Assembly: GCA_036172455.1 (NCBI GenBank)
Contig: JAXKVY010000005.1
Span: 1 to 64,000, forward strand
Reading direction: 5' to 3'
DNA from: Candidatus Izemoplasma sp.
GTDB lineage: Bacteria; Bacillota_I; Bacilli_A; Izemoplasmatales; Izemoplasmataceae
Length of the DNA stretch: 64,000 bases
Below, in pieces: positions 39,988 through 52,085 of this stretch. The notes beneath the pieces were generated by a model, which was not told the DNA's origin, did not search any database, and was given only the letters and a program-made list of their open reading frames with translations. The translations under genes and the position numbers were made by a program. Position 1 is the first letter of the stretch. Each line of letters starts with the position of its first letter.

Positions 39988-40056
39988 AAACGTATACATT
40001 ATTGATATTGCTTTATAGGGATTTTAAACTGTGCTATAATTTAAGTGGTGATTAGT

Positions 40057-41013
40057 ATGAAGAAAATAGCAGTATTAACCTCTGGTGGAGATGCCCCAGG
40101 GATGAACGCAGCAATTCGCGCTGTAGTACGTAGTGGAATTCATTATGGCTATGAAGTATATGGGGTCTATTACGGATATAAAGGTCTTGTAGAAGGGACC
40201 ATTAAAAAACTTGAACGATTTGATGTCACCCGCGTATTATCACGTGGGGGAACGATCTTAGGTAGTGCACGCTATCCTGAATTTAAGGAAAAGAGTGTCC
40301 GTCAAAAAGCCGTGGACAATTTAAAAGAACTTGGGATAGAAGGATTGGTGGTTATTGGGGGAGACGGAACCTATCGAGGTGCCCAAGCATTAACCGAGAT
40401 GGGAATCGCATGTATTGGACTACCAGGAACGATTGATAATGATATCTCATCCACAGATTATACGATAGGATTCTTTACCTCCTTACAAACTGTTGTGGAT
40501 AGTATCGATAAGTTGAGAGATACATCAATGAGTCATCAACGGTGTAGTATTGTTGAAGTGATGGGAAGAAACTGTGGTGACTTAGCCCTCTATGCAGGTA
40601 TTGCTGGGGGGAGTGAATACATTGTGACTCCAGAAACAGGGTTTGAAAAGGAACGAACATTAAATGCAATTAAAAAAGCTCATGATAATGGCCGTTGGCA
40701 CGCTATTATCGTCGTGACTGAGAATATGATGGATGTGCACGAATTATCAAAAGAAGTCGAAGATTACACAGGGTATGAAACACGTGCGACTATTCTTGGC
40801 CATGTTCAACGTGGTGGCGACCCTGTCGCATTTGACCGTGTGCTTGCGACTGAGATGGGTGAGTATGCCGTAAAACTCATTGCCAATGGCAAGGGTGGTC
40901 GTGCTGTTGGATTAAGTAATATGGATTATGTAGATTATGATATCAATTTTGCGTTAAATAAAAAACGTGAAATTCCAAATAAGCGATATGGCCTAGTGGG
41001 TCGACTGAAATAG
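40057..41013 (+). CDS. pfkA: ATP-dependent 6-phosphofructokinase
   Basis: [24 protein letters not shown]. Start trimmed to MKKIAV, which has a GGTGA RBS. Confidence 0.9.
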   Translation: MKKIAVLTSGGDAPGMNAAIRAVVRSGIHYGYEVYGVYYGYKGLVEGTIKKLERFDVTRVLSRGGTILGSARYPEFKEKSVRQKAVDNLKELGIEGLVVIGGDGTYRGAQALTEMGIACIGLPGTIDNDISSTDYTIGFFTSLQTVVDSIDKLRDTSMSHQRCSIVEVMGRNCGDLALYAGIAGGSEYIVTPETGFEKERTLNAIKKAHDNGRWHAIIVVTENMMDVHELSKEVEDYTGYETRATILGHVQRGGDPVAFDRVLATEMGEYAVKLIANGKGGRAVGLSNMDYVDYDINFALNKKREIPNKRYGLVGRLK

Positions 41014-41023
41014 AGGTGACAAT

Positions 41024-42457
41024 ATGTTAGATGTAAATCAAACGAAAATTATTTGTACAATTGGTCCTGCGACAGATAGTGTTGAAAAAATGATCGAATT
41101 AACAAAAGCAGGTATGGATGTTATGCGATTAAACTTTTCACATGGCGATCACAAAACACATAAAGAACGGTTAGAACGCTTAGATAAAGTTAATGAAAAG
41201 TTAGGGACACATGTGGCCGCTTTATTAGATACTAAAGGTCCAGAAATTAGAACCCATAAATTTACTAATGGAAAAGTTACCATTGAAGAAGGAACGACAG
41301 TTACCATTCATTCCGAAGAGATTGAAGGAACTGAGCAGGCGTTTAGTGTCAACTATCCTAATTTTCATGACGATGTTAATGTAGGGGATACTGTATTAGT
41401 CGATGATGGTTATTTAGAATTAACTGTTAAATCCATTAATCGCGCTAATAAAACCATTGAATGTTATGCTGAAAATACGCATACGATAAAAGATCGACGG
41501 GGCATCAATGTCCCTGGCGTTAAATTAAATCTAGATTTTATCTCGCCAAAAGATTATGAAGATATAACATGGGGATGTCAAAACAATGTTGATTTCATTG
41601 CCGCATCATTTGTAAGACGTGCAAGTGACATCCAAGAAATTCGTAACATTATGAAATATAATGGGAATAAAAATATAAAAATTATTGCGAAAATCGAAAA
41701 TAAAGAAGGTGTCGATAATATTGATGAAATTATCGATATTGCAGATGGTGTCATGATTGCCCGAGGTGACTTAGGTGTGGAGGTTCCTGCCGAAGATGTT
41801 CCAATTATTCAAAAAAGCATCATTAATAAATGTCTTGCTAAAGGCATTGTTAGTGTAACAGCGACACAGATGTTAGAATCAATGATTGATCATCCGAGAC
41901 CTACTCGTGCAGAAGTCAGTGATGTTGCAAATGCCATCTATGATGGTACAGATGCAATTATGCTTAGTGGTGAAAGTGCGATTGGAGAATACCCAGTTGA
42001 AAGTGTTGAAATGATGGTTAAAATTGCAAAAACGATTGAAGACCAAGTCGATCGAAAAGACATCGTTAAACGCGCTAACAAGACCACCAATACTTCACGC
42101 GATATTCAAACATCAATTGCGATTAGTGTGGCATATACTGTAATTCAAAGTAAAGTTGATTTGATCATTGTACCAACAATGACAGGAAATACAGCAAGAT
42201 ACTTATCTAAGTTTAGACCAAATGCCCGTATATTAGCACTAACCCCAACAGAAGCTAGTGCAAAATCGTTAAAGCTACATAGCGGGGTAGAACCTGTTCA
42301 CTTTAACCTGGTTAAAGATGTAGAAACCGTTGTTGCTTCAGCAATCAAAATGGTTAAAGAAGAATATGGAGCGAAAAAAGGAAGCCGAATTATTATTACA
42401 GGTGGATTCCCTATTGGTGCCCCAACCAACGGTATGCGGATAATTGATATAGAATAA
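41024..42457 (+). CDS. pyk: pyruvate kinase
   Basis: TKIICTIGPA and MIARGDLGVE motifs. Confidence 0.9.
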   Translation: MLDVNQTKIICTIGPATDSVEKMIELTKAGMDVMRLNFSHGDHKTHKERLERLDKVNEKLGTHVAALLDTKGPEIRTHKFTNGKVTIEEGTTVTIHSEEIEGTEQAFSVNYPNFHDDVNVGDTVLVDDGYLELTVKSINRANKTIECYAENTHTIKDRRGINVPGVKLNLDFISPKDYEDITWGCQNNVDFIAASFVRRASDIQEIRNIMKYNGNKNIKIIAKIENKEGVDNIDEIIDIADGVMIARGDLGVEVPAEDVPIIQKSIINKCLAKGIVSVTATQMLESMIDHPRPTRAEVSDVANAIYDGTDAIMLSGESAIGEYPVESVEMMVKIAKTIEDQVDRKDIVKRANKTTNTSRDIQTSIAISVAYTVIQSKVDLIIVPTMTGNTARYLSKFRPNARILALTPTEASAKSLKLHSGVEPVHFNLVKDVETVVASAIKMVKEEYGAKKGSRIIITGGFPIGAPTNGMRIIDIE

Positions 42458-42482
42458 AAAAGCTGGCAACAGCTTTTTTTAT
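42458..42482 (+). terminator. rho-independent terminator
   Basis: AAGCTG-gcaa-CAGCTT followed by T7. Confidence 0.75.
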
Positions 42483-42581
42483 TTTGGCCTTGCATTATTA
42501 TTTTTCGTAGGGTACTATACATTATATAATACCATACAACGTATTGTAATAGATGATGGTTAATCGGTAAAGGAGGGTTTT

Positions 42582-42902
42582 ATGAGTACACAATTGAAAA
42601 AAGGTGTTTTAGAAATGGTGGTCTTAAGTAAAGTAGATATGAAAGATCGGTATGGGTATGATATATATCAAGAAATATCAAAGAATATGGCAATAAGTGA
42701 AAGTACAATCTATCCGATATTAAGAAAGATGACTAAAGATGGCTATACAGAAACCTATTTAAGAGAATCGAGTGTTGGCCCAGCACGTAAATATTTTAGA
42801 CTGACTTCTAAAGGGAAAAATCGTTTGGTAGACTTAAAACGAGATTGGGAAAAGTTTCAGCGGGTAGTGAATAAAATGATAAGGAGTGATCGCTATGAAT
42901 AA
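42582..42902 (+). CDS. PadR family transcriptional regulator
   Basis: Winged HTH; LKKGVLEMVVL start typical of PadR. Confidence 0.8.
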   Translation: MSTQLKKGVLEMVVLSKVDMKDRYGYDIYQEISKNMAISESTIYPILRKMTKDGYTETYLRESSVGPARKYFRLTSKGKNRLVDLKRDWEKFQRVVNKMIRSDRYE

Positions 42903-44406
42903 ATTACAATTTTTAAATCAATTAAACCAAGAACTAAGTGTTTTGGATAAAGAAGAACGACGTGAAATCATCGCGTTTTATGAAGAGAGATTTCATACAG
43001 GCATTAATTATGAAAACCGAACAGAAGAAGAAATTTTAGCTGAACTTGAATCACCTGAAAAAATTGCGGAGAATGTATTATCAGAATATGGTGTGAGTAA
43101 GAAATACGTGAAAACAAAAGAAGAACGCTACAGTAATATAAATACTGCAAGTGTTGTTGGGATTATTATTTTTGATGTGGTAATCGCAACATGGTTGATT
43201 CCGACGTTATTTACCTTTTTCATATCAATCTTTGGCTCAATGTTCTCTTATGTGGGCGTTATTCCATTAATGCTTGGGGAACGAACCTTCTATGACGAAT
43301 TCTTATTTGCCTTTCTAACAGCGGGGTATGTATTATTATTAATTTTTGCCTTTGTTGTATTAGAAGCAGCATTGTATGTCACACGTAAAGTTATTATATG
43401 GCATCTCAATGTGTTTAAGCTGAGAAAGCGTGACAAGTATATTAAGGGGCTAAGTAAAGTGAGTGTCGATCGTTGGTTTAAACGTCATACATTGATTCGA
43501 AGAATTAAGAATTTTGCACTTGTTGGCGCGATTGTGACGATACTATATACTGGTGTATGGCTATTTGGTAATCAAGAAGCTGTCTTGGCTTATTACCAAT
43601 ATGATGAGTTGCAAGTCGATACGTATGAACTAGATGTGACAGATGATATTATGAATAATGAAGAATGGACCATTGTCACTGATCTTGAATGGATGGACAT
43701 TGATGTCGTACTCTCAGACGATGACAATATCCATGTATATCATCAATATAATAATCATAATGAGTTTAGCGCATCTATCAATGATGAGACCAACCAGATT
43801 ATGATTACAGAACGTCAAACAAATGATTTCTTTAACTGGGATATCACATCCGTCATTAGCGCAATTACAATGACAAAAGAGGTACGTATTGAAGTGCCAC
43901 AAGCATTATTATTAGATAATGTGACGATTGAAAATGTAAGTGGTGATATTGATATCAATAATATCGACACTAATGCATTAAGCATTCAACTTACCAATGG
44001 TCGGATACAGTTACAGTTTATTGATGTGACGACAGATTTAACCATTCATAATACTAACGGCGATATTTCTGTCTTAGATAGTACATCACGTTTAAACGGT
44101 ACATTAGATATTCACAATGTCAATGGACGGATCACAATTAAACGCGCTGTGTTTTCTGATTATGAGTTTGATAATGATAACGGTGAAATTCTTTTAACAA
44201 ACTTAAATGTCGATAATAAAGATGGCAATACATTAACTGCTCAGAACATTAATGGTGATATCGAATTAAACAATGTATATGTTCTAAATATCACATGTGA
44301 GAATACTAATGGTGATATCGATTACTTTAATAATGATGAGACATTTATACCGACAAGATTTGATGCAGACACAGTGAACGGAAAAGTATCAACTAATACA
44401 GATTAA
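42886..44406 (+). CDS. DUF1700-type membrane protein with DUF4097-like beta-repeat C-terminal domain
   Basis: N-terminus LQFLNQLNQELSVLDKEERREIIAFYEERF is typical of DUF1700; TM segments; repeated (V/I)xNxNGDI units at the C-terminus. Confidence 0.6.
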   Translation: MIAMNKLQFLNQLNQELSVLDKEERREIIAFYEERFHTGINYENRTEEEILAELESPEKIAENVLSEYGVSKKYVKTKEERYSNINTASVVGIIIFDVVIATWLIPTLFTFFISIFGSMFSYVGVIPLMLGERTFYDEFLFAFLTAGYVLLLIFAFVVLEAALYVTRKVIIWHLNVFKLRKRDKYIKGLSKVSVDRWFKRHTLIRRIKNFALVGAIVTILYTGVWLFGNQEAVLAYYQYDELQVDTYELDVTDDIMNNEEWTIVTDLEWMDIDVVLSDDDNIHVYHQYNNHNEFSASINDETNQIMITERQTNDFFNWDITSVISAITMTKEVRIEVPQALLLDNVTIENVSGDIDINNIDTNALSIQLTNGRIQLQFIDVTTDLTIHNTNGDISVLDSTSRLNGTLDIHNVNGRITIKRAVFSDYEFDNDNGEILLTNLNVDNKDGNTLTAQNINGDIELNNVYVLNITCENTNGDIDYFNNDETFIPTRFDADTVNGKVSTNTD

Positions 44407-44444
44407 AAGTGTTGACAAAGCGTAAGAGACTATGGTATTATTAT

Positions 44445-44472
44445 CCCGACCGACCGTTCGGTCGGGTTTTTT
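44445..44472 (+). terminator. rho-independent terminator
   Basis: 9-bp GC-rich stem CCCGACCGA/TCGGTCGGG followed by T6. Confidence 0.75.
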
Positions 44473-44488
44473 ATTTGAGGAGGATTTT

Positions 44489-47400
44489 ATGAAAAAATTA
44501 GCAGCTTATTCCGTTAATAGAGCCATAACTGTTTTTATGGCTGTTATTATCGTTATAGTTTTTGGGGTGGTATCATATACCAATCTTACCACCGACTTAT
44601 TACCTAGTTTAAATATTCCCTACAGTGTGGTTGTGACCTATTACCCAGGAAAAAGTCCTGAAGAAATAGAACAATTAGTCACACAACCCATTGAAGAAAC
44701 TTTAGCAACAACAACGAATGTTAAGGAGATGACCTCGACCTCAAGTGAGAATGTATCGATGGTTATCCTTGAGTTTAATACAGATACTTCGATGGATAGT
44801 GCTGTGTTAGAAATGCGAGAGAATCTTGATATGACCACATCAAGTCTACCAGATGATGTCATGGATCCAATGATTATCAAGTTGAATCCAGATTTAATGC
44901 CTGTGATGCAGTTGAGTGTGTCAAAAGAGGGTGTCAGTGAACAAGCTTTAACAACGTATGTTAATGAAGATGTGTTGCCGCTTATTGAACGAATTAATGG
45001 AGTAGCGAGTGTATCTATCTCTGGTGCGTTTGAAAGTGATGTTCATATTGTGCTTGATGAAGCTGCTATTGAGAATATTAACACGCAGTTAGAACAAATG
45101 TATGATACGATGCCAGTAGCGCCATCAGAACCCATTTATCTAGATAAAGAACTAATTGAAAATATTCTGTCAGCCCAGAATATCAGTTTCCCAGTAGGCT
45201 ATATCAATATTGATGAAGTTGATTATTTGGTCCGCGTTGGAGATGATTTTGGAAGTGTTGAAGCATTAAATAATTTGATGTTATTTAATTCACCAGGTAT
45301 TCCAGCGTTAAGTATTGATCCCCTCCAAGTCACACTAGATGATATTGCGGATGTCACATATGTTAATGCAAATAGTGATGCGTATTCTAAAGTAAATGGT
45401 GAGAATGCAATCAGTATCACAATTCAAAAGAGTAGTGCAACACCGACAACAGAAGTAACCAATGAAATAAACGCATTGATCGAAGCGATTGAAGCCAATG
45501 ATGATACAGAGGTAACAGTACTCCTTGATCAAGGGAAATATATTGAAGAAGCGACAGGCAGCGTATCAAATAACTTATATATTGGTGCCGTGCTTGCGAT
45601 AATTGTCTTGCTTATCTTTTTAAGAAGTGCACGTGCTACATTTATCGTAGGGATTAGTATTCCAATCAGTTTATTGTTTGCGATTGTCCTTATCTATTTT
45701 TCTAATATTACATTAAATATTATTTCTTTAGGTGGATTAGCCTTAGGAATTGGAATGCTGGTGGATAACTCCATTGTTGTTATGGAGAATATCTTTAGAC
45801 TTAAGCATGAAGGCAAGAGCAATAAAGAAGCTGCAATCGTTGGAGCAAAACAGGTCGCTGGGGCGATAACAGCCTCTACTATTACTACGATTAGTGTTTT
45901 TATTCCGGTATTATTTATTGAAGGATTTATTAAAGAAATCTTTATTGAAATGGCCTATGTTATCGCGTATAGTTTATTTGCCTCACTTGTTATTGCATTA
46001 ACGCTAGTACCTGCCATTTCTTCAAAAGTTTTAAAGCATAAAACAGTATTAGATCATGAACCGAAATATAAGGTGATTTATGAACGAATTTATCAGTTTG
46101 CGTTTAAATACAAAACAATCGTATTAAGTTTTGTTGTCTTATTATTTGTGGGGTCACTCTATGTATCGCAAACTAAAGGCTTTGAATATTTCCCAGCATC
46201 AGATGAAGGTGAAATCGTTGTCTCAGTGAGTAATCCTGTCGATAACCCATTATCCTATGATGCGTTTACAGACGTATTAGATAATCTGAATGATGATTTA
46301 TTAACCATTGATGATGTTGAGACGGTTGGGATCACTCTAGGATCTACGCAAGGGATGTTCTTTGGTATGTCAGATCAAAACAGTGCGTCAGTGAACGTAT
46401 TACTTGCTGAAGATAGAGCCGATACAACAGCTGAAAATGAGAGTAAGATAAAGCAACTTTTAGATAACAATTACCAGATGGTGACTACAACTATATCAGG
46501 ATCACAACAACAAACACAAATGCTGACAGGTAGTGGGCTTCAAGTAGATATCATCGGCTATGACTTAGATATGTTACGAGATGAAGCCTCAGCAATTAGC
46601 CAAGTTATCAGAGATATTGATGGTGTTGAAGAAGTGAATGATGGGATTGGTATTCTTGCTGATGAACTTCATGTTACTGTCGACAAAGCCACAGCCATTC
46701 AATATGGCTTAACAACAGCGCAAGTTATGGGTGTTGTCGCAGCTAACCTATCGACTGAAACAGCGGTAACTACGATCAATGAAGAAGGCCATCTTTATGA
46801 TGTTTATGTCATTGATAGTCAGTCAAATATTGAAGCAGCAAGCCTATCCTTAAATCAAGTTGAAAACTTAGTTGTTGGAATGAGCCCATCAGGAAGTCCG
46901 GTTACGGTTGGTGATGTCGCAACGGTTGAACTTGAAAAAGGATTAAGTAGTATCAATCATATCGATGGTGATCGAGCAATAACTGTTGATGTTAGTTTTG
47001 AAGAAGGAGCGAATATTACTGAAGTATCTAGTGTCATCAATGATGCCTTAGAAAGTTATGAGTTGCCAGATGGTTTTGACTATACAGTTAGTGGTGAAAA
47101 CGAAGAAACAATAGAAGCATTTAAAACACTTGGCTTAGCTCTAGTATTAGCAATTGTCTTAATCTATATGATTATGGCATCTCAATTTCAATCACTGAAA
47201 TACCCATTCATTATTATGTTTACATTACCACTTGCGTTTACTGGTGGGTTTGCGATATTATATCTTGCGAATATGCCATTAAGTGTTGTGGCGTTAATTG
47301 GTTTTGTTATCCTCGTAGGGGTAGTTGTCAATAACGGTATTGTCCTAGTCGATTATACAAATCAATTAGTCGAGGAAGGCTACTCTGTTGAAGAGGCATT

Positions 47401-47776
47401 ACTTGAGGCAGGTAAAACGCGATTACGCCCAATTATTATGACAGCTTTAACAACCGTACTCGCACTCACAGGAATGGCATTAGGTCTCGGACAAGGCGCA
47501 GAAATGATGCAGCCTATGGCCATTACAACCATCGGTGGACTATTATATGCGACCGTATTGACGTTGTTGATTGTGCCAATTATGTATTATCTATTGTATC
47601 GTTATGCAAAACGTATTTTATTATCACTACTTAGCGCGGTGTTTTTCATTGGCGCAATAGCTGTGAATATATTACTTGGATCCACGTTATATACTGTAGT
47701 ACTTGTTATATTAGCTCTCCTTAGTTTAGGGGTAGTGATGGTTGACTTCTATAAAAAAGGTATCAGTTATGAATAG
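44489..47776 (+). CDS. RND-superfamily efflux permease (AcrB/SwrC-like)
   Basis: 12-TM RND architecture. Start set at MKKLAAY with a GAGGAGG RBS; the track start lay inside the upstream terminator hairpin. Confidence 0.8.
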   Translation: MKKLAAYSVNRAITVFMAVIIVIVFGVVSYTNLTTDLLPSLNIPYSVVVTYYPGKSPEEIEQLVTQPIEETLATTTNVKEMTSTSSENVSMVILEFNTDTSMDSAVLEMRENLDMTTSSLPDDVMDPMIIKLNPDLMPVMQLSVSKEGVSEQALTTYVNEDVLPLIERINGVASVSISGAFESDVHIVLDEAAIENINTQLEQMYDTMPVAPSEPIYLDKELIENILSAQNISFPVGYINIDEVDYLVRVGDDFGSVEALNNLMLFNSPGIPALSIDPLQVTLDDIADVTYVNANSDAYSKVNGENAISITIQKSSATPTTEVTNEINALIEAIEANDDTEVTVLLDQGKYIEEATGSVSNNLYIGAVLAIIVLLIFLRSARATFIVGISIPISLLFAIVLIYFSNITLNIISLGGLALGIGMLVDNSIVVMENIFRLKHEGKSNKEAAIVGAKQVAGAITASTITTISVFIPVLFIEGFIKEIFIEMAYVIAYSLFASLVIALTLVPAISSKVLKHKTVLDHEPKYKVIYERIYQFAFKYKTIVLSFVVLLFVGSLYVSQTKGFEYFPASDEGEIVVSVSNPVDNPLSYDAFTDVLDNLNDDLLTIDDVETVGITLGSTQGMFFGMSDQNSASVNVLLAEDRADTTAENESKIKQLLDNNYQMVTTTISGSQQQTQMLTGSGLQVDIIGYDLDMLRDEASAISQVIRDIDGVEEVNDGIGILADELHVTVDKATAIQYGLTTAQVMGVVAANLSTETAVTTINEEGHLYDVYVIDSQSNIEAASLSLNQVENLVVGMSPSGSPVTVGDVATVELEKGLSSINHIDGDRAITVDVSFEEGANITEVSSVINDALESYELPDGFDYTVSGENEETIEAFKTLGLALVLAIVLIYMIMASQFQSLKYPFIIMFTLPLAFTGGFAILYLANMPLSVVALIGFVILVGVVVNNGIVLVDYTNQLVEEGYSVEEALLEAGKTRLRPIIMTALTTVLALTGMALGLGQGAEMMQPMAITTIGGLLYATVLTLLIVPIMYYLLYRYAKRILLSLLSAVFFIGAIAVNILLGSTLYTVVLVILALLSLGVVMVDFYKKGISYE

Positions 47777-48362
47777 AAGACAAGAGATTATTAACGCGTT
47801 ACTGGATATGATTAAAGAAGAAGGTCTGAATGTCAATTTTACGATGTCTGAACTTGCCAAAAAAGTTGATATTGGAAAAAGTACATTATATGAATACTTT
47901 TCTACAAAAGAAGATATTATCCAGGCAGCGATAACACAATTATTTGATCACATGGTAGACATGATTTATGCCCAACCCCTAGATGATAATGCGGATTTTG
48001 AAACACTATTTAAAGCTCAACTACGCTTCATGTTTCAATTGAATGATCAAAAGAAATACATCATGCGCTATATTCAAATGGAATATGAGCATTCATTTCC
48101 GAAATTGATTCAACCATCTATGATCCAAAAGATGAAACAATTAAGAGACTTCTACGAAAAGCGATTTACTGAAATCATTCAAAAAGGAATCACCGAAGGG
48201 GTGATTCCTGATACCTTGGATGAGTCAAAACGGTTTATGATTCAGTCAGTTGTCTCGGGAAGCATCATGCGTTATAGCAATGTTGAAATCGATCATACCC
48301 TCAGTTTAGAAGATACGATTGATACGATTTATGAAACGTTGTTACGGATTGTAAATAATTAA
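47769..48362 (+). CDS. TetR/AcrR family transcriptional regulator
   Basis: HTH MSELAKKVDIGKSTLYEYF; overlaps the 3' end of the RND gene. Confidence 0.7.
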   Translation: MNRRQEIINALLDMIKEEGLNVNFTMSELAKKVDIGKSTLYEYFSTKEDIIQAAITQLFDHMVDMIYAQPLDDNADFETLFKAQLRFMFQLNDQKKYIMRYIQMEYEHSFPKLIQPSMIQKMKQLRDFYEKRFTEIIQKGITEGVIPDTLDESKRFMIQSVVSGSIMRYSNVEIDHTLSLEDTIDTIYETLLRIVNN

Positions 48363-48388
48363 GGACTTGATTAAAGGTCCTTTTTTAT
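48361..48388. terminator. bidirectional terminator
   Basis: AAGGAC-loop-GTCCTT followed by T6. Confidence 0.6.
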
Positions 48389-49990
48389 TACATAAGACTC
48401 AGGATGATTACCTTTATAATAAACGACGAAATACATGTTTTCATAATGAATGACCCTGGTGTGTTTAAATAATAAATGTAGTGGAATGTCTGTCTTAACT
48501 GAACAGGCCTCTAGCACCGATTTCCGCTGAGATTTATCGAGTGTGTTCTTCCAAAATGCTTTAGGTTTTATCGTAGAACGCATAAGATAATCTTGTAAGA
48601 TTAGAAATTGTTCATATGGTGTTAATAATGGCATAATGCGTTTATAAATATCATCTAATTGATATCTGTGAAGACTGTAATTATGATCGTTATAATGCGA
48701 TGCAATCTCAAGAAGAAAATGATAAACAGAGTCTTTATTTAAAAGGATTTGATGCATGTTTTCTTTAAAATATCCTTTGTTGTGGTATAACTCTAACATG
48801 TGTTCAACATCATGAATTTCACGAATATCCTCTTCTGACAAGACACCAGTTTTTATTAATTCATAAGGTGCGGTCTGATGATACTCAATGCCATAAATGG
48901 ATGCCTGTGTTCTAAGAGCTGTTCCTCTGAGTAACTTTAAAAAGCCGCATTGTAATTCTTTTGCGCCTAAGTTAAATACTGTATTGAAAGTATTGATAAA
49001 AGAAGCCTTATCTTCTTCAGGAAGGCCAGCGATTAAATCTAGATGTAGTGTGATGATATCTTCTTTTACCATACGCTTAATGTTGTCAAATAAACGCTGG
49101 TTATTTTGATAACGATTCACCAATGCATTGGTTTTCTCATTTAGGGATTGGATACCAATTTCAAACCGAAATAACCCTTTGCGACTATGTTTATGAATAA
49201 AGTTAATCAGTTTAGGGTCTAAGATATCACCAGTAATCTCAAATTGAAAGACGGTTTGATGATTATCACGATCAATAATGTATTGAATTAAATCCAGTGT
49301 TTTTTTGTTCGCATTAAAGGTTCTATCAAGAAATTTGATCGTTTTGACACCATGTGACATATAATAATCAATAGCTTTCTTGACAGATTCAATATTAAAA
49401 AAGCGGACCTTTTTTTCTAAAGAAGATAAACAATAACTACATTGATAAGGGCATCCCCTTGAACTTTCAATATAGGCAATCCGGTTGGGGATATGGTGGA
49501 TATCTTCTTCAAAATAATAAGGTGGATTTAATGTATCTAATGACATGATTTCTTCTATGGGTTGATGGACAGAGCCGGTATCAGATAGATAACTTATATT
49601 TGAAATGTGTTCAAATGAGCCTTGACTGTTTAATGCATGTAATAACTGATTAAAGGCTATTTCTCCTTCCCCTTTAATAATGTATGATACATGATTAAAT
49701 GATAAGAAGTATTCAGGATCATAACTTACTTCTGGGCCACCTAAAACAATCGGAATCGATGTGTTAAGGTCATTCAATATCTTTTTCACCATTTCAACAT
49801 TCCAAATATACACGCTTATGCCAACTAATGATGCATTCGATCGTTCAATTATTGTCATAATATCGCGAATGTCATCTTTGATAGTAAACTCTTTTATGGT
49901 ACATGGAAAATCACTATTCGCTTTTAATAAGCGAACAGCGTTATTTGTATGGATAAATTTAGCATTGATGCTGATTAGTAATGCATTCAT
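48371..49990 (-). CDS. B12-binding domain radical SAM protein (DUF4080 type)
   Basis: N-terminus [15 protein letters not shown] and the [13 protein letters not shown] radical SAM motif. Confidence 0.75.
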   Translation of the reverse strand: MNALLISINAKFIHTNNAVRLLKANSDFPCTIKEFTIKDDIRDIMTIIERSNASLVGISVYIWNVEMVKKILNDLNTSIPIVLGGPEVSYDPEYFLSFNHVSYIIKGEGEIAFNQLLHALNSQGSFEHISNISYLSDTGSVHQPIEEIMSLDTLNPPYYFEEDIHHIPNRIAYIESSRGCPYQCSYCLSSLEKKVRFFNIESVKKAIDYYMSHGVKTIKFLDRTFNANKKTLDLIQYIIDRDNHQTVFQFEITGDILDPKLINFIHKHSRKGLFRFEIGIQSLNEKTNALVNRYQNNQRLFDNIKRMVKEDIITLHLDLIAGLPEEDKASFINTFNTVFNLGAKELQCGFLKLLRGTALRTQASIYGIEYHQTAPYELIKTGVLSEEDIREIHDVEHMLELYHNKGYFKENMHQILLNKDSVYHFLLEIASHYNDHNYSLHRYQLDDIYKRIMPLLTPYEQFLILQDYLMRSTIKPKAFWKNTLDKSQRKSVLEACSVKTDIPLHLLFKHTRVIHYENMYFVVYYKGNHPESYVIKKDL

Positions 49991-50071
49991 AAGAATCACC
50001 AAAATAATTGTACCATATTATTAAGAAAAGAACATAGATGTGTTACAATTATGATAGAAAAAGGTGATACA

Positions 50072-52033
50072 ATGGATAGATTTAAGTTACAAGCCCACTA
50101 TACGCCAATGGGAGACCAGGTTAAGGCTATTGAGTATTTAACAGACCATTTAAATCAAGGTGTTAAAGAACAAATCCTACTTGGGGCGACGGGGACAGGA
50201 AAAACCTTTACGATTAGTAATGTTATTGAGCGAGCCAACAAAAAGACATTGGTGTTAGCTCATAACAAAACACTAGCTGGACAACTCTACAGTGAGTTAA
50301 AACAATACTTTCCCGATAACCGTGTTGAATATTTTATATCCTATTATGATTATTATCAACCAGAAGCTTATGTACCTTCTAGAGACTTGTTTATAGAGAA
50401 GGATGCTAAGACCAATGATGAAATTGATGAAATGCGACACAGCGCAACTGCGTCGCTTTTAGAGCGTGATGATGTAATAGTTGTTGCAAGTGTCTCGTGC
50501 ATTTATGGAATTGGAGATCCTGAAGATTATAAAAACTCAATGATGACCTTAAGGGTTGGACAAATCATTGATCGTGATGACATCACCGCAAAACTAGTCG
50601 ATATGTTATTTACCCGTAATGATTATGATTTTACACGTGGGACATTCCGTGTTAAAGGGGATGTGATTGAAATATTACCTACCTATACAAAAACTAATGG
50701 ATTACGCGTAGAGATGTTTGATGACGAAATAGAACGCCTCAGAGAAATCGATATACTTACAGGAGAAGTTTTAAACGAATATAATGTATTATCCATTTTT
50801 CCAGCAACGCAGTTTGTCACAAACAAGGATAAAATTGATGAAGGAATCCGTCGCATTGAAGAAGAACTAAAAGAACGCGTTACCTATTTTAAAGAAAATG
50901 ATCAGTATTTAGAGGCAGAACGCATACAGCAACGTACTAAATATGATTTAGAGATGCTTAAGGAAGTAGGGAGTTGTAGTGGCGTTGAAAATTATTCTCG
51001 CCATTTAAGTTTACGAGAAGCAGGAGAAACACCGTCGACACTTATGGATTTCTTTGGGGATGATTATTTATTAGTTGTCGATGAATCTCATGTCACCTTA
51101 CCACAAGTTAGAGGGATGTATAACGGTGATCAAGCTAGAAAGCAAACTTTAGTAGATTATGGATTCCGATTACCAAGCGCACTTGATAATCGACCACTTA
51201 ATTTTGATGAATTTAATGAAAAAATCGATCAAGTTATCTACTTATCTGCGACACCAGGAGATTACGAGATGGAGCGCACACCTCATCTAGTAGAACAAAT
51301 TATTCGTCCTACAGGCTTATTAGACCCTAAAGTCGAAGTTCGCCCTAAAGAAGGACAAATTGATGATATTGTCAATGAAATTATGCAAAAGATAGAAAAA
51401 GACCAACGCACGTTAATCACAACACTCACCATTAAAATGAGTGAGGACTTAACAAACTATTTGCGTGAGTTAGGGTTTAAAGTAGCCTATTTACATAGCG
51501 AAATTAAATCATTAGAACGCCTAGAGATTATTCGTGAACTACGACTAGGGACATATGATATTTTAGTTGGGATCAACTTACTCCGTGAGGGCTTAGACAT
51601 TCCAGAAGTTGGTTTGATAACCATTTTGGACGCGGATAAACAAGGGTTTTTAAGAAGTAAACGTAGTTTAATTCAAACAATTGGTAGAGCGGCAAGAAAT
51701 AAAGAGGGTAAAGTTATTCTTTATGCCGATAAAATGACAGAAGCAATGGAAATTGCGATTGATGAAACGAAACGACGTCGTACCATTCAACAAACATATA
51801 ATGAAACCCATGGGATTGAGCCGGTATCGATTAAAAAAGCGATTCAAGAAAGTGTTCGTGTGAAACTCGAAGTGAGCGAAGAAACAAAAACGATAGATGA
51901 GTTGACTAAAGAAGAAAAAGCACGTGTGATCAGTGAACTAGAAAAGGATATGAACAATGCAGCAAAAGCGTTAGACTTTGAAAAAGCTGCCGAATTACGA
52001 GATATTATTATTGAAATGAAAGCATCACTATAA
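50072..52033 (+). CDS. uvrB: excinuclease ABC subunit B
   Basis: [12 protein letters not shown] Walker A; UvrB C-terminal UVR domain. Start set at MDRFKL with an AAAGGTGA RBS. Confidence 0.9.
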   Translation: MDRFKLQAHYTPMGDQVKAIEYLTDHLNQGVKEQILLGATGTGKTFTISNVIERANKKTLVLAHNKTLAGQLYSELKQYFPDNRVEYFISYYDYYQPEAYVPSRDLFIEKDAKTNDEIDEMRHSATASLLERDDVIVVASVSCIYGIGDPEDYKNSMMTLRVGQIIDRDDITAKLVDMLFTRNDYDFTRGTFRVKGDVIEILPTYTKTNGLRVEMFDDEIERLREIDILTGEVLNEYNVLSIFPATQFVTNKDKIDEGIRRIEEELKERVTYFKENDQYLEAERIQQRTKYDLEMLKEVGSCSGVENYSRHLSLREAGETPSTLMDFFGDDYLLVVDESHVTLPQVRGMYNGDQARKQTLVDYGFRLPSALDNRPLNFDEFNEKIDQVIYLSATPGDYEMERTPHLVEQIIRPTGLLDPKVEVRPKEGQIDDIVNEIMQKIEKDQRTLITTLTIKMSEDLTNYLRELGFKVAYLHSEIKSLERLEIIRELRLGTYDILVGINLLREGLDIPEVGLITILDADKQGFLRSKRSLIQTIGRAARNKEGKVILYADKMTEAMEIAIDETKRRRTIQQTYNETHGIEPVSIKKAIQESVRVKLEVSEETKTIDELTKEEKARVISELEKDMNNAAKALDFEKAAELRDIIIEMKASL

Positions 52034-52085
52034 GTGGTTTCAATGGATATAATATGCTATAATATGGACAATGGAGAGTGATAAT

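Noticed and set aside
42495-42560. Imperfect inverted repeat TACAACGTATTGTA upstream of the PadR gene as a PadR operator
   Set aside because: The arms are short (TACAA/TTGTA) and the spacing is non-canonical. It is indistinguishable from chance in AT-rich promoter DNA.
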